From Escherichia phage PJNS034: DNA of 64,000 nucleotides. Positions 63,610 through 64,000 of the stretch are shown here, in pieces. The position numbers were made by a program, and so were the translations under genes. The DNA is taken from the sequence record PP391266.1; one strand, given 5' to 3'. The notes beneath the pieces are model-generated. The model was not told the origin of the DNA, did no database searches, and saw nothing but the letters and a program-made list of their open reading frames with translations. Position 1 is the stretch's first letter, and every line of letters begins with the position of its first letter.

Positions 63610-64000
63610 TGTCTGCAAAAATTAAAGTTGAAGTAATCGGTAATGCACCTGTAGCAATGTCTCCGGGTGCGAATGGCATGGACGTTAAGGCAGCGAAGAC
63701 TGTCGTAATCCCGGCAGGTGGTATTGCTCTGGTTCCAACTGGAACTCGTATTCAAATCATTGACGAGGATGTGAATGACCCAACTAACGACGTTACAATC
63801 GCTACGCTGTCTCTTCCACGTTCCTCGCTTGCCAAGTCTGGTCTTATGCTGGCTAACAGTGTTGGCCTTATCGACACCGACTATCAAGGCGATATCGGAT
63901 TCATGTTCTTCAACCGAACTAGTGAAGATATTACAGTCGAGAAAGACACTCGGTTAGGTCAGCTTCTGTTTACTCTTGCAGTCAAGCCAAGTATGTTTGA
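63609..64000 (+). CDS. dut: dUTPase (partial, runs off window end)
   Basis: Read by eye: motif III-like GLIDTDYQGD and motif IV-like RLGQLLF; no stop before window end. Confidence 0.7.
   Translation, partial: MSAKIKVEVIGNAPVAMSPGANGMDVKAAKTVVIPAGGIALVPTGTRIQIIDEDVNDPTNDVTIATLSLPRSSLAKSGLMLANSVGLIDTDYQGDIGFMFFNRTSEDITVEKDTRLGQLLFTLAVKPSMF

Noticed and set aside
1-64000. Phage RNA polymerase, integrase, repressor or other lysogeny genes
   Set aside because: No ORF of suitable size and motif content found; early promoters are host sigma70-type. A T7-type RNA polymerase could still lie outside the window.
63609-64000. Treating the window as a closed circle so that dUTPase continues into position 1
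   Set aside because: Reading across the junction would end the protein after five more codons without the C-terminal Gly-rich dUTPase motif; the window is more likely a linear excerpt with sequence missing beyond 64000.

Overview
This window looks like most of the genome of a virulent tailed dsDNA phage of a Gram-negative, probably enterobacterial, host; no integrase, repressor or phage RNA polymerase is visible. Gene calls rest on the supplied ORF track plus motif recognition by eye; no database search was run. Coordinates of RNA and regulatory features were read by eye and are approximate to about 2 nt. Layout: (i) 1-12.3 kb, plus strand: T7-like replication genes (family A DNA polymerase polymerase domain, gp6-like exonuclease, ATP-dependent ligase, endonuclease I-like resolvase), an Rcl/nucleoside-deoxyribosyltransferase-like gene fused by start/stop overlap to a PnuC-like transporter, and a tight array of 10 tRNA genes. 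(ii) 12.3-41.2 kb, minus strand: a contiguous virion module (terminase small and large subunits, portal, scaffold, major capsid with a predicted -1 frameshift into an Ig-like extension, tail fibre with C-terminal self-cleaving chaperone domain, and a 1610-aa protein ending in a lytic-transglycosylase-like domain). (iii) 41.2-43.0 kb: a 1.8-kb non-coding control region with tandem sigma70-type promoters firing rightward. (iv) 43-64 kb, plus strand: early genes (TraR/DksA-like zinc finger, envelope proteins, SleB-like cell-wall hydrolase, SPFH protein), then primase-helicase, the separately encoded DNA polymerase exonuclease domain, and a truncated dUTPase at the window edge. The most interesting region is 51.0-59.6 kb: two amidoligase-like genes, an N-terminal-Cys class II amidotransferase-like gene with a zinc ribbon, a RimK-like ATP-grasp ligase and a gamma-glutamyl cyclotransferase-like gene, interleaved with unknowns and punctuated by conserved intergenic cassettes. 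I cannot match this combination to a characterised pathway and propose it as a candidate amide-ligation and trimming system, possibly acting on DNA or nucleotides.
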